From positions 3,844,001 to 3,908,000 of the forward strand of contig NC_042999.1 in assembly GCF_006345805.1 (NCBI RefSeq): 64,000 nucleotides of DNA, read 5' to 3'. The position numbers and the translations under genes were made by a program. A model generated the notes under the pieces. It made no database searches. It was given only the letters and a program-made list of their open reading frames with translations, and was not told where the DNA came from. The stretch comes from Octopus sinensis (Eukaryota). Of the stretch, positions 26,678 to 39,872 are shown in pieces. Positions within the stretch are counted from its first letter, which is position 1. Each line of letters starts with the position of its first letter.

Positions 26678-27331
26678 CTGGATATAAAAATCAATAGAGC
26701 AATGGAAAAACTGGCCTAAGTTATTCAGTTGCATGTATTAGTTTGTGTTCCTGAGTTCAAATCCCACCAGAGTCATTTTGTTCCCCATCATTCCTAAGTT
26801 ACATATAAAGTTCCAAGTACTGGTGTACTTAATCAGCTGTACAGGTGCAGACATGGTTGTGTGGTTAAGACGCTTGCTTCTTAACAATGTGGCTTTGGGT
26901 TCAGTCCTACCGCAAGGCACATTGGGCCAGTAACTTCTATTATAGCCAAGGGCTGACCTAAGCCTTGTGAGTGGATTTAGTGGACAGAAACTGAAGAGAT
27001 GTGTGTGTGTGTGTGTGTGTGTGTGCATGTCTCTTGACATCACATGACAGTTTAAACAAGCATTACTGTCATTACAAATTGTGTAATTCATTTTCAATCT
27101 TCCATGGAAATATATCTAGACATGGGGAACTGTTACCTTTCTTGGAGACAAAGTGAGGATTGGTGACAGAAAGAGCATCTGGCCATAAAAAACGTGCCTC
27201 AAAGAATTTTATCAGATCCATACAAGCATGGGAAGTTGGATGCTAAAATGATGACGATGATGCACACCCTTCTTCTGTGTGGCAGTGTGTCCATAATAAA
27301 AATCCATATTATGAAGGCTAGAGCTATTAAT

Positions 27332-27575
27332 CATCATCATCATCATCATCATCATCGTTTAACGTCCATTTTCCATGCTAGCATGGGTTGGACTTTTCGA
27401 CCGGGGTCTGGGAAGCCAGGAGGCTGCACCAGGCTCCAGTCTGATCTGGCAGTGTTTCTACAGCTGGATGCCCTTCCTAATGCCAACCACTCTGTGAGTG
27501 TAGTGGGTGCTTTTTACATGCCAGCTGAGGCTGGCAATGGCTACGATCGGTTGGTGCTTTTTACGTGCCACTGGC
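27332..27575 (-). mobile_element. Family E RTE-type 3' end
   Basis: Same tail as the other E copies. Confidence 0.85.
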
Positions 27576-30500
27576 TCTAATAATAGAGTAAAATTCAAAT
27601 CTAATATAGAACTAGATATAAATTGAACTCATCTCAAATTACTACAAACAATATATTAAAACACTTGATTGTAGTATCAAACTTTTAATGAGACAAAATA
27701 TTAAATATGATAAAGTATGTGTAGTAGTTTAATGATTAATAATAGCAGACAAATAAACTTCATTGATTTTTAGGAATAAAGTTTTATAAAAAGCATCAGA
27801 AGCAACTGTCATTTGCTAATATAGTTGCATCATTAAACAGGAAATGACTTTATAAATTGTATTGTTTAGCTGATTACCATAAATATTGAACTGTTTAATA
27901 TAATCTTTCCATTTGCTAAGCTGAAGATAATCTATTTTCATTTCGACTGTTTTACTATATTGAAATGAAATTCAAATTGTTAGAGTATTCAGGACACTTC
28001 CGACAGAAATTTCAAGGCTGAATAAATAGTAATTTATGAAGTCGATAAATAAATATTTTCTTGTCAAACATTAATAATTCCAAAACAGAATATCATTGCA
28101 AATATAACAAAAAATATGCTTTTTTGTTGTTTGTTTTGCTTGATCACAAACATTTACTAATTAAAAGTAGCAATATTTACTTGTTCTGTTTGTTTCCATT
28201 CTAAAGAAAGTATGGTGTGAAATTATGCTTTCATAGAATTCAATGTGGTTTCAATTAACATTAGTGTTATTCATTGTTCTCATTAATTTATCATTAGAGA
28301 TTATCCAAGATGACATTTCAAAAGTTCATTGTATTTAATCTTCATGCAGGTTTTTTGTGAAATACTAAATTATTAGCTGCGTGGAGTGGCATTTTTATGA
28401 ATAAACTCAAGACATACTCTTAATTGATCGCATCTAATTTCTAAATTCTCTTTTGAAAAACTGACTATTTTTCTTCATTGATCACCATTATTCAAAACCC
28501 TACCAATAAATTTTCATCTCTTTCCAACTAATAATCCTGACACATCTCTCTCACTAACAATTAACAAATATTAATTTCCTTCTGAATGTCAATCAATAGA
28601 GAATTCCCTCTTGGCTCATCTGTTTCAACATGCTGTAGCAAAACAAAATGGGGAGGAAAAAAAAGAAAAACCTCTAACAGCTGAATCTCTTTTCATACTT
28701 TTCCTGATTGAAGAAGTTCTTTTACAAATAATGGACATGTCCATTTCTCTTAAAAACGGTTATATTTTGTAAAATGATAGCATTCCATATGATGAGTACA
28801 ATAATGACAAAAATACTAGATCACTTAATTAAATGTATTACAATTATTTATACCTGCTCTTTATTAGAAATTGAAATACTTCTTGAGTAACCCCTGCTGC
28901 TTATCCTTCCAAAATACAACAGTATATTAACAGTAATATACTCCTATCAAATTAGTTGATTATATTTTTGTCCCTTACAAAGTGATCATGTGCATAACAT
29001 CTTCATTATTTAATATCTGGCTTCTATACTGGCATAGATTGGACAGTTATACAGGGGTTGGAGAGTTAAAGGACCAAGTCATGGCTTCTACGTCTGGATC
29101 CCCTTCAAAACATCCACTAATTTACAAAGTGAACTGGGTGCTTTTTTCATGGCACTATCGATAGTAAAGATCACTTTATAAGTTGCAAGGTTAAGCGCTT
29201 ATAGTGAATAATTTAAGTGAAGGAAAAGAGAAAGGAGGCAATGATCCTGAGTAGAGGGATGAGGGATGGTAAATAAGAGAAGGGGATGAGGGAGTATTGT
29301 AGAGAAGGGATTAGAAATAGGACTGAGAAAAAAGAGGGATAGAGTTAAAAAGATGACAGAGTAGGTTGTGCAAGGAGGGTTAAAAGAAATTTTTTTTCCC
29401 TTTAAGAATTGTCCAGTGGCAATTTACGACAATCTGAAATCAACCATTACAATAACCTAATAATGGTTGCTTAAGGAATCGTTTATTAAACTTTCTATCT
29501 GCAAAACTTGTCTTTATATGGTACTAGCTCAAACTATTGCCTCTCTGTTAATTAAGATTGCAGTTATTTTATTGTTTTCAGTTATTAAACAGTGGCCATA
29601 GTGAGGTATTTGTCATGGAGGGTTTTAGTTAACTATATCAACACTAGTACTTAATTCAACATTCTGTAGAAGTGCTAATTTAGGGAACATGAAGAAGCAG
29701 TCTAAACACAGCACCAGTGTTTGTTATATATAAATATACAAAAGACTTCTGTTCAGTTACCATCCATTAACCCTTGATACCAACATGCCTAAGGCTGTCC
29801 CTGGTTCTAGGATATAAATTTCATGCTTTAAAATTTTATGTTAATTTATGTCCAATATACAAGTTTAGTAATTACAAAGTTACTAAGTTCTTTATTTCCA
29901 AAAATAAGTAAAATAACAAAAGGTAACAAAAGTGTTAAATTCCACTCATAAGGAATTGATCAACCCAAGACTGAAGAACACATTTGCCCCAAATTCTGCA
30001 AACAGGAATCAAACTTGGATGTATTTGTAAAGCAACCTTCTTAATCATAAACATGCTTACACTTATCTGACTTTACGCTACATCAATCTCTTCTTTTTTT
30101 GTAGCTCCGTATTACGTATTCCATCATCATCATCATAGTTTTAATGTCCACTTTTCCATGCTTGCATGGATTAGAGTTCATTGTGGCAGATTTTCTATGG
30201 TTTGGTGCCTTTCCTATCACCAACCCTTACCTGTTTCCAAGATAATATTACCTCTAAATGCGTTTTCACAAAATATTGGTGATAACACTCATTTACAACT
30301 ATCACATGATTTCAAGGCAAATTCTCACTCACTCACTCACACACACATACACACAAATTCCTATTTTCCATAATAAACCGTTGTCAGAACTCAGTGTTCT
30401 TCTACTTAACAGAATTAGTAAATTCTTGTGGGGATAATTCTCTGAAATGTTCTGCTTCAGACTCATAAACCTAAAGGTCAGTACAGAGTGTAATATTGAT

Positions 30501-30816
30501 AAATGAATGACAAAAGGACAGGAGTTACGTAATCACTTCCATTAGGTTACAGTTATTTACCATTTAAGGAACCATGCATGAAGAGCTGAATGTCAGTCTG
30601 ACATTACTTCAAGGTTTCTTATAGCAGAAATAGCCGTAATCTAGTGAAAGTGATTATATAAGTCCTAGTCTTTTATCATATACATACATATATATAATAA
30701 TCATAATAAATAATTAAATGAATGGAAATTGAAGTGGGGAGTGTATTAAATAATAAGGCACTAAAAGCAAATGACTCTCCCCAGACACAATAAAATAATC
30801 ATAATAATTATAATTA

Positions 30817-31519
30817 TTGAGTTGGTGCATAATTATTGCGGCTTTTTTTCAACAAAAACAATAACAACATGTAACAAAAACATCTTAGAATGATTAATCC
30901 AGAGCATATTCACCATCTATTTCAATTACTGCTTCTCATTTGCTTAGCAGATGGTCAGACCATCATTTAACGATGTTTTTGTTAAATATTGTTATTATCA
31001 TCATCATCGTTTAACGTCCGCTTTCCATGCTAGCATGGGTTGGACGATTTGACTGAGGTCTGGCAAACCAGATGGCTGCACCGGAGTCCAATCTGATCTG
31101 GCAGAGTTTCTACAGCTGGATGCCCTTCCTAATGCCAACCATTCCGAGAGTGTCGTGGGTGCTTTTACATGCCACCGGCACGAGGACCAGTCAGGCGGTA
31201 CTGGCAATGGCCATGCCCGAGTGGTGCTTTTTATGTGCTACCTGCACAGGAGCCAGTCCAGCGGCACTGGCAACGACCTTGCTCAAATGTCTTTTCACTT
31301 GCCACCAGCACAAGTGCTAGTAAGATGATGCAGGTAATGATCACGCTCGAATGGTGTTTTTAACATGCCATTGGCACAGAGGCCGGCTTCTTGCTCTGGC
31401 AACAATCCACCCATATGGTACTCTTAGTGCTCCACTAGCACAGATGCCAGTCATCGAATATTGTTTTTATTAAACAAAATTTGTTGAAAAAAAGCCGCAA
31501 TAATTATGCACCAACCCAA
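30817..31519 (-). mobile_element. Internally deleted mariner element with a nested family E insertion (~30998-31455)
   Basis: ~41-bp TIRs ttg(a/g)gttggtgcataattattgcggc.. flanked by TA; minus-strand remnant LLSK*EAVIEIDGEY resembles the mariner transposase C-terminus. Confidence 0.88.
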
Positions 31520-31689
31520 TATAATAATAGGCATCTTACATCATGCCAGCATGGAAAGTGGACATAAATCAATGACAATGATGATGGTGGTGCTGTATCT
31601 GCTGTTGATGTACAATCCTACATGGGAGTGGCAGTTTTGCATGCAGCTCTGCATTTGAAAATATATATATATATATATATATTTTATTT

Positions 31690-32060
31690 TATTCTCTTAT
31701 TTGTTTCAGTCATTTGACTGCAGCCATGCTGGAGCACCACCTTTAGTTGGACAAATCTACTCCAGGATTTATTTTTTGTAAGCCTAGTACTTATTCTATC
31801 AGTCTCTTTGGCTGAACTGCTAAGTTATGGGGACGTAAACACACCAACATCATTTGTCAAGCAATGGCGGGGGGACACATATATATGTGTATATATTTAT
31901 ATACAATGGGCTTCTTTCAGTTTCCATCTACCAAATCCACTCACAAAGCTTTGGTCGGCCCAAGGCTACAGTAGAAGACACTTGCCCAAGGTGCCATGCA
32001 GTGGGACTGAACCCAAAACCATGTGGTTGGTAAGCAAGCTACTTATCACACAGCCAATCC
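31690..32060 (-). mobile_element. Family B SINE (an inverted partial + copy follows at ~32260-32470)
   Basis: Co-linear reverse complement of family B. Confidence 0.88.
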
Positions 32061-32709
32061 TGCACCTATATATATATATATCTAACACCATTCCCATGTG
32101 GGAACCTACAAATAAAGCGTATTTATCCACCGATGCAATGTTATCCATTCAGTCTCAACATTAGTGTATGCGTGTGTGTGTGTGCATGCATGTGTGCGTG
32201 TATGCATACATGTGTGTGTGAGTGCATGTGTGCGTATGCGTGTGTGTGTGTGTGCGAGTGTGTGTGTGTTTATCTCCCTAGCATTGCTTGACAACCGATG
32301 CTGGTGTGTTTACATCCCTGTCACTAAGCAGTTCGGCAAAAAGAGACCAATAGAATAAGTACTGGGCTTACAAAGAATAAGTCCCAGGGTCGATTTGCTC
32401 GACTAAAGGCGGTGCTCCAGTATGGCCGCAGTCAAATGACTGAAACAAGTAAAAGAGTAAAAGAGAAAGAGTAAAGGGAGTGTGTGTGTGTGTGTGCATG
32501 CATGTGTGCATGTGTATTTGTATGTGTATGTGCACCCGTGCATGTGTGTGTGTATTCAGTTTCCATTGACCGAATTCATTCACAAAAGTTTGCTTAACCC
32601 AGGGATGTAGTAGAAGCAACTACTTGCCCAAGATGACAAGCAAAGGGATTGAACCAGGCACCGCATGTTTATAGCAAAAGATTTCTTAACCACAAAACCT
32701 GCACTTACT

Positions 32710-32749
<40 letters not shown>

Positions 32750-33070
32750 TTCTAGCTTATTAATGTTACAGCCTTTCAAAAGATTTCAGAATGGATTTGA
32801 CCTTAATCAATGCTGATGTCCAGAGCGCAGGCAGCTCCCTTATCTAATTAATCAGTTTATAAATTTCTCATGACATTAGCAACAGAAAAGTCAATCAATT
32901 ATCAATATGACACTGTGAACTATTAACTTTGAGAATGTGATTATTATCGAACTTGCATGGAAAGTAATTGCTATGTGGCAAGCAATAGGCAAACATGTAT
33001 TTTATTACAATATAAACTGTACAATTAATTAAATGTGTTTCTTTTTCCAAAAGCTGCACTATATCATTAC

Positions 33071-33146
33071 CATGATCATCAGGACTTGTTCTAGCATCCA
33101 TTTGTCAGTGTAGCACAGATCAGCAATACAGGAAATCACCACTTGT
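33071..33146 (-). CDS. Candidate coding exon QVVISCIADLCYTDKWMLEQVLMIM
   Basis: Acceptor tatatctaacactag with a CTAAC branch-like motif, donor atg|gtaatg, 76 nt, one frame open. Confidence 0.25.
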
Positions 33147-33525
33147 CTAGTGTTAGATATAACCCGACCAATACTTCCCACACTTTCCTTTACGTATTGA
33201 CAAACAGGGCTTCATACAGTTGCTCAGTGTGCTAGAAATAGTAACCGATTTTTGACTAAATCCTATTCTATCATCCTAAGGGCCATATTGAATATATACG
33301 CACAAAACTTGAAATTTGGAGGAGATGGGGGAGCTATTTAATTTCATTGACCCCCAGTACTTGACTAATGCTGTATTTTATCAACCCAAAAAGAGATGAG
33401 GCATTGGCAGGATTTGAACTCAGAACCTAAAGAACCAGAAGAAATATCACTCAATAGTTTGTCTGCCAGCTCTCATATACATATGTATATGTGTGTGTAT
33501 ATATGTATATATATACACACACACA

Positions 33526-33800
33526 CAGTGGCAGACTGGATCTAAAACTATTGATTACCAGGGTATTAAGGGGGCCCACCCACAACTACAATGTCATTTA
33601 TTTATTTTTTTTTTTGGTAAAAGTATTCTTTTCAACTGTCTACAAACACAGCTAGGCTGAAATAATTAATGCATTCTTCCAGGAGTGAATAAAAAATTCT
33701 CAAACTTGAGATACTAACATGGGCCCCCATATATGGATTCTCATGGCGCAGGGGCCCACTTGCTATTGGGCAAGCTAGCAACCTGGCCAGTCCACTACTG
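33526..33800. mobile_element. hAT-like MITE
   Basis: Imperfect TIRs cagtggcagactgg / ccagtccactactg (11/14); TSD not resolvable in the flanking microsatellites. Confidence 0.55.
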
Positions 33801-33824
33801 CATATATATATATATATATAAATA

Positions 33825-34140
33825 TCGTGGCATTCCGTTGGTTACGACAATGAGGGTCCCAGCTGATATGATCAATGGAACAGCTTGCTCATGAAATTAA
33901 CATGCAAGTGGCTAAGCCCTCCACAGACACATGTACGCTTAACATAGTTCTCAGGAAGATTCAGCGTGACAAGGCTGGTTCTTTGAAATATAGGTACTAC
34001 TCATGTTTGCCAGCTGAGTGGACTTGAGCAACATGAAATAAAGTGTCTTGCTCAAGGACACAACGCATTGCCGAGAATTGAACTCACGACCTTACAATCA
34101 TGAGCCAAATGCCCTAGCCACAAAGCCACATGCCTTCACC
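33825..34140 (-). mobile_element. Family C SINE
   Basis: Co-linear with 17055-17377. Confidence 0.85.
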
Positions 34141-34739
34141 ATATATATGTGTGTGTGCGTGTGTGTGTGTGTGTGTGTGTGCATACACACACATATATAC
34201 AATTTGCATACATGTGCAAACACATTGGTATTTTTATCAAAAGCATGTGAAAATCCCACTCGGTGCTAGGTATTGCACAAGTATTGCAAAACATGAGTAG
34301 TTTGTGTATTTTGGTGAGTGCTGCATCTGTCAGAACATATTACAAAAACACAAGAAACAAAAATATAACTCATCATCAACACCAAACTTCAAACAAGTAA
34401 ATTGAGTGGGCCTACTTCACACAACCAATGTAAGATACAATTTCCATTGTAAGCATGACAGCTGTAAAATCATGAATCAAACTGTTACTCTCGACGCACT
34501 ATTACAACACTTTCTTGTTGGTTGATCATGTGATCGCAACAAGAAGCCATCACAACTTATTACACTTAAGTACAGAGGATAAATACTAAAAAAAAAAGAA
34601 AAACACTGGTTGACAGTATAACCGTGTTATAGAGAATTCTACAAAATAAGATAAATAGCTATGGTAGCATTGTTAAAAGCAAAATCTACAGATATAGAAC
34701 CCGTAAATTAAATCAGGAAATCCACCAAGAATTATAAAT

Positions 34740-35410
34740 CTTTTATCTTTTACTTGATTCAGTCATTAGACTGCGGTCATGCTGATGAAGCACTACCTTG
34801 AAGAACTTTTAGTTGAATGAAACCCTAGTACTTAGTTTTTTAAGCCTCTTTTGCTGAACCACTAAGTTACAGGGGCATAAACACACCAACACTGGTTGTC
34901 ATGTGATGGGTGGGGACACAAACATACATACAAAGACATACTCCCCCCACACACACACAAACATATGACGGGCTTCTTTCAGTTTCCATCTACCAAATCC
35001 ACTCACAAGGCTTTGGTTGGCCTGACTATAGTAAAAGACATTTACCCAAGGTTGTTTGTTCCTTCTCAAGCCATGCCTGGCTCATAAGGGCCAGTTTCCC
35101 GGTTTCCTTGGTTCCCCACCTGGATGGGATGCTGGTCCGTCACAGGTGAGCTGCAAGATGCAGGAGGAAAGAATGAGAAAAAGTTGCGGTGAAAGAGTCA
35201 GCAGAAGTTCGCCATTACCTTCTGCCAGAGCCGTGTGGAGCTTAGGTGTCTCACTCATAAACACACACATCGCCCGGTCTGAGATTCGAACCTGCGAGTC
35301 TGCTGCTCTAACCAATAGGCCATGTGCCTCCACTACTTACCTAAAGTGCTATGCAGTGGGACTGAACCTGGAACATGTGGTTGGGAAGCAAATTTTTTTA
35401 CCACATAGCC
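34740..35410 (-). mobile_element. Family B SINE interrupted by a family D SINE (~35060-35335)
   Basis: The B sequence stops at ttacccaagg (~35050) and resumes near cctaaagtgctatgcagtgggactgaacc (~35340); the D head lies at ~35335. Confidence 0.8.
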
Positions 35411-35850
35411 ACAATGATTTTATCAGTTATAATAGCATTCCCATGGTCTTTTGTGACCTTTACACTTTTTTAGGGTCATCATTTCATTTTGAAAATAATA
35501 CCAATTAGCTCTTGAAATGCTAATGAACTAATAGATTTAGAAATGCTATTGTTGCAAATCCAAAGCTAAACAAAGAATTAACTTGAATATAGACATGTCT
35601 GTAACATAATAGGTTTTGAAGAAAACATGTTCTTTATTCATTTGCATGCATACTTGTAATATTAATGCATTGTTTTTTTACACCATTTTTATAGGTTTAT
35701 AAAAATTTATTTTTTCTCTATCTGTTTTTTGTTTTATTGACTACTCATGCATATTGTTTTATTAAAAATACCATGTCTTGAACATCACAAATCAATTACA
35801 TAATCAACAACATGCTACTCATGAAACAGTAGTAAAAGAATGATGTCCGT

Positions 35851-36182
35851 TACATACATACATATGTATACATCCCACTCTCTCATATACATACATATGT
35901 ATTCATCCCACTCTCTCATATACATACATATGTATTCATCCCACTCTCTCATATACATACATATGTATACACCCCACTCTCTCATATACATACATATGTA
36001 TACACCCCACTCTCTCATATACATACATATGTATACACCCCACTCTCTCATATACATACATATGTATACATCCCACTCTCTCATATACATACATATATAT
36101 ACATCCCACTCTCTCATATACATACATATACATACATCCCACTCTCTCATATACATATGTATACATCCCACTCTCTCATATA
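35851..36182. repeat. 33-bp minisatellite, ~10 copies (tacatacatatgtatacatcccactctctcata)
   Basis: Direct reading; the ORF track shows an 11-aa periodicity. Confidence 0.95.
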
Positions 36183-36814
36183 CTCTTGCAATCTCTACTC
36201 ACTTCATACCTTGAGGGCCCTTCCAAACACCTTATACCCAATACTTTTCTCTCTTCCCAGCTCCACCTTGATCATCCCCTATTCTCTCTTCTGAAATGTG
36301 AATAGCCAGGCTTCTATCAGTTTCCGTCTACCAAATCCACTCATAAGGCTTTGGTCAGCCCAAGGCTATAGTACAAAACACTTGCCCAAGTTTCCATGCA
36401 GTGGGACAGAACCCAGAACCATGTGGTTGGGAAGCAAGCTTTTTACCACACAGCCACACATGTGACTATAGTATATCTTATGGCTACAGTTAACAGTATG
36501 AATGCAACTAGTGAGTTTAGAGTTCCATGTAGAGTATCCTCATCCAGTCTGTTTCTACTTTTGTGAAACATCTGATCTCTGTAACACTGCAATAAAGTGT
36601 TCCCCTAATAACCTGTTGTGATTCAGCATCCAATTGCACTTGAAACAGCCATTGGAGAGGTTGTAAATAACCACAATGGTGAAACGACATAGGGATCAGA
36701 CTATATAAACTTACAGACAGGACTTCAAGTTTCTCTGTCAACTATACAACTATGTAATGATCACCACCCTTTACAAACATGAAGAAATCTTCTCACTGGC
36801 AGTGCAGTGTTTTT

Positions 36815-37120
36815 TCATGTTTGGCCGTTGCCAGCACCACCTTGGCTGTCTCCCATGCCGGTGGCACGTTAAAAGCTCCAACCGATCGTGGCTGATGCTG
36901 GACCCCCCTGGCACCTGTGCAGGTGGCACGTAAAAAGCACGCACCCACTACACTCGCGGAGTGGTTGGCGTTAGGAAGGGCATCCAGCTGTAGAAACTCT
37001 GCCAGATCAGACTAGAGCCTGGTGCAGCCCCTGGCTTCCCAGACCCCAGTCAAACCGTCCAACCTGTGCTAGCGCGGAAAACGGACGTTAAACGGTGATG
37101 ATGATGATGATGATGATGTA
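36815..37120 (+). mobile_element. Family E RTE-type 3' end
   Basis: Ends ggacgttaaacggtgatgatgatg. Confidence 0.85.
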
Positions 37121-37293
37121 ACAGGCACTGGTCTTACAATAGCTGAAGAGTTGTGGTGATCAGTGTATCATTGACACAGAAACTTGAAACCCTGTATATG
37201 AGTCTCTGTAACTGTATCATTCAATAAATATAGTCCTCTATTTCCAATGATATTGAGGTCTACCTCTTTTGTTGTTACACATGGTTTTTGTCA

Positions 37294-37329
<36 letters not shown>

Positions 37330-38094
37330 CAACAGAAAATACACCTCAATAAAGTCTGACCATACAATCATGGAAAAGTAGTTGTTAAATCAATTACACA
37401 CACACACACACACACTCACACACACAAATATGAAAATAAAACATCAAATTGACTTCACTTCCAATCTAGATGAAATTGAGTCAACATATACAATTGTTAA
37501 AAGGAAAAATAATTCCTGTAATGTTTGATTTTATAATAATTTGCTTTCTAATTCTTGTTTGATTTGTAAACAAATATAAAACCTACAAATTTAATATTTA
37601 TTTAATATTAATTTGATAATTGGTTTGAATCGAAATTAAATGCCAAATTACAGGCACCAATTGTTTATATTTTCAAATCATCTTATAATTTTTCTCAAGT
37701 TGTTTAGTGTCTAAAATAGAAAGCATTTTGTTTGAGAACCAATAGTTCTTCAAATTATATATTTAATAATAAAATAATGAGATGTTTTCAACTGTCAATA
37801 GTCAACAATAGTAATGTTAAGAAACAAGATGTTGTAAAAAGAACAAAACACAATTTATATGCTCTGATCCCAAGTTGGTGTTCGACATTTTTGATTTTAA
37901 ATCCTTCAGTGTCACTATGTCTAGTGCGTTTTCAGATAACCTTTTCAATAACAGTCTATTTGAAAATGCATTTAGTGTTACAGAACAAAACCTTTCATTT
38001 TAAGGAATCCATATTCAAATTAAAGCCTCCATCATAGCATTTTACGGCATGGAAGACACATGTCAGCCATGCAAAAACTATTAACTTTGCGGCA

Positions 38095-38690
38095 AGCTGG
38101 TAGAAACATTAGCATGCCAGGTGAAATACTTAGCGGTACTTCGTCTGCCGCTACGTTATGAGTTCAAATTCCGCCGAGGTTGACTTTGCTTTTCATCCTT
38201 TTGGGGTTGATTAAATAAGTACTAGTTACACACTGGGGTCGATATAATAGACTTAATCTGTTTGTCTGTCCTTGTTTGTCCTCTCTGTGTTTAGCCCCTT
38301 GTGGGTAGTAAAGAAACAGGTATTTCATCTGTCTTTACGTTCCGAATTCAAATTCTGCTGAGGTCATCTTTGCCTTTCATCCTTTCGGGGTCGATAAAAT
38401 AAGTACCAGTTACACACTGAGGTCAATATAATCGACTTAATCTGTTTGTTCTTGTTTGTCCTCTCTGTGTTTAGCCCCTTGTGGGTAGTAAAGAAACAGG
38501 TATTTCATCTGTCTTTATGTTCTGAATTCAAATTCTGCTGAGGACAACTTTGCCTTTCATCCTTTCGGGGTCGATAAAATAAGTACTCGTTACGCACTGG
38601 GGTCGATATAATCGACTTAATCCCTTTGTCTGTCCTTGTTTGTCCCCTCTACGTTTAGCCCCTTGTGGGCAATAAAGAAATAAGAAACAA
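38095..38690 (+). mobile_element. Family A SINE trimer (one head, three bodies)
   Basis: The body restarts at 38136, 38320 and 38500 (periods 184 and 180 bp). Confidence 0.9.
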
Positions 38691-39248
38691 TTATTTGAGT
38701 ACACACTGTATGTCATATTTCTCATATACCTCCAGAATCTACAACTTAGTGTGACTAAGCTCAACCTCTTGGTACACACAACGGTGAACATAAACTGAAT
38801 TGTCTTTCATATCTAACTGTAAACTTTTTCAAATAAACTAGTCACAGTGAAAGCTACACTTTAATATAATCAACATTTGAACAACTTCATCAGTTCTTGA
38901 CTTTCTTCAGATTCGATAGGAATGTTGCCGTTAATATCTGAACACAATTTGATTGACTTTAGCTTTTATTACATCTACACTTGATGTCAAAGACACTTAA
39001 TATCTCTGAACCTCACATTCAAAAATGCTTCTCTATACAGGTTCCTAAAAAACTATTTTACTTAGTAAAAATATTTTTGTCTATATTTTGATTTCATAAC
39101 TTCCTTTATTTCACGAATCCAATGTCTTTCTTCTGAAAAACTATTTTAGGAAAATTACTCTGCATTCATGTCATATTCACAATTTAATTCATTTTCCACA
39201 TATTTTCAAACTTAAAATTTGTATGAGTATATATGTGTGTGTATGTGA

Positions 39249-39631
39249 TGGAAGCACTCCGTCGGTTACGACGACGAGGGTTCCGGTTGATCCGAATCAA
39301 CGGAACAGCCTGCTCGTGAAATTAACGTGTAAGTGGCTGAGCACTCCACAGACACGTGTACCCTTAACGTAGTTCTCGGGGATATTCAGCGTGACACAGA
39401 GAGTGACAAGGCCGGCCCTTTGAAATACAGGTACAACAGAAACAGGAAGTAAGAGTGAGAGAAAGTTGTGGTGAAAGAGTACAGCAGGGATCACCACCAT
39501 CCCTGCCGGAGCCTCGTGGAGCTTTAGGTGTTTTCGCTCAATAAACACTCACAACGCCCGGTCTGGGAATTGAAACCGCGATCCTACGACCGCGAGTCCG
39601 CTGCCCTAACCACTGGGCCATTGTGCCTCCA
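39249..39631 (-). mobile_element. Young family D SINE with family C-type tail
   Basis: CpG-rich, intact A and B boxes, ctcgcgg at the anticodon-equivalent position. Confidence 0.9.
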
Positions 39632-39828
39632 CTGTGTGTATGTATATATATATATATATCACAGGCAAGGCTGTAGGATTAAGAAGTTTGCTTCTCAAGT
39701 ACATGGTTCCAGGTTCAATCCTATAGCATGGACCTTGGGCAAGTGTCATTTACTACGGCCCCAGATTAACCAAAGCCTTGTGAGTGGGTTTAGTAGATGT
39801 CAACTGAAGCAATCTCGTCTTGTATGTG

Positions 39829-39872
<44 letters not shown>

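Noticed and set aside
27993-28029. LRR-like peptide TLPTEISRLNK on +
   Set aside because: A single short match followed by a stop, with weak splice context; expected by chance.
28585-28657. Strong minus-strand acceptor followed by HVETDEPRGNSLLIDIQKEINIC*
   Set aside because: No donor before the stops in any frame and no supporting homology; acceptors near 19447, 24312 and 34588 likewise gave no convincing exon.
39560-39631. tRNA-Arg gene
   Set aside because: A and B boxes and a TCG triplet are present, but the acceptor stem does not close and the sequence continues into a SINE body; the same applies to the A, B and C heads.
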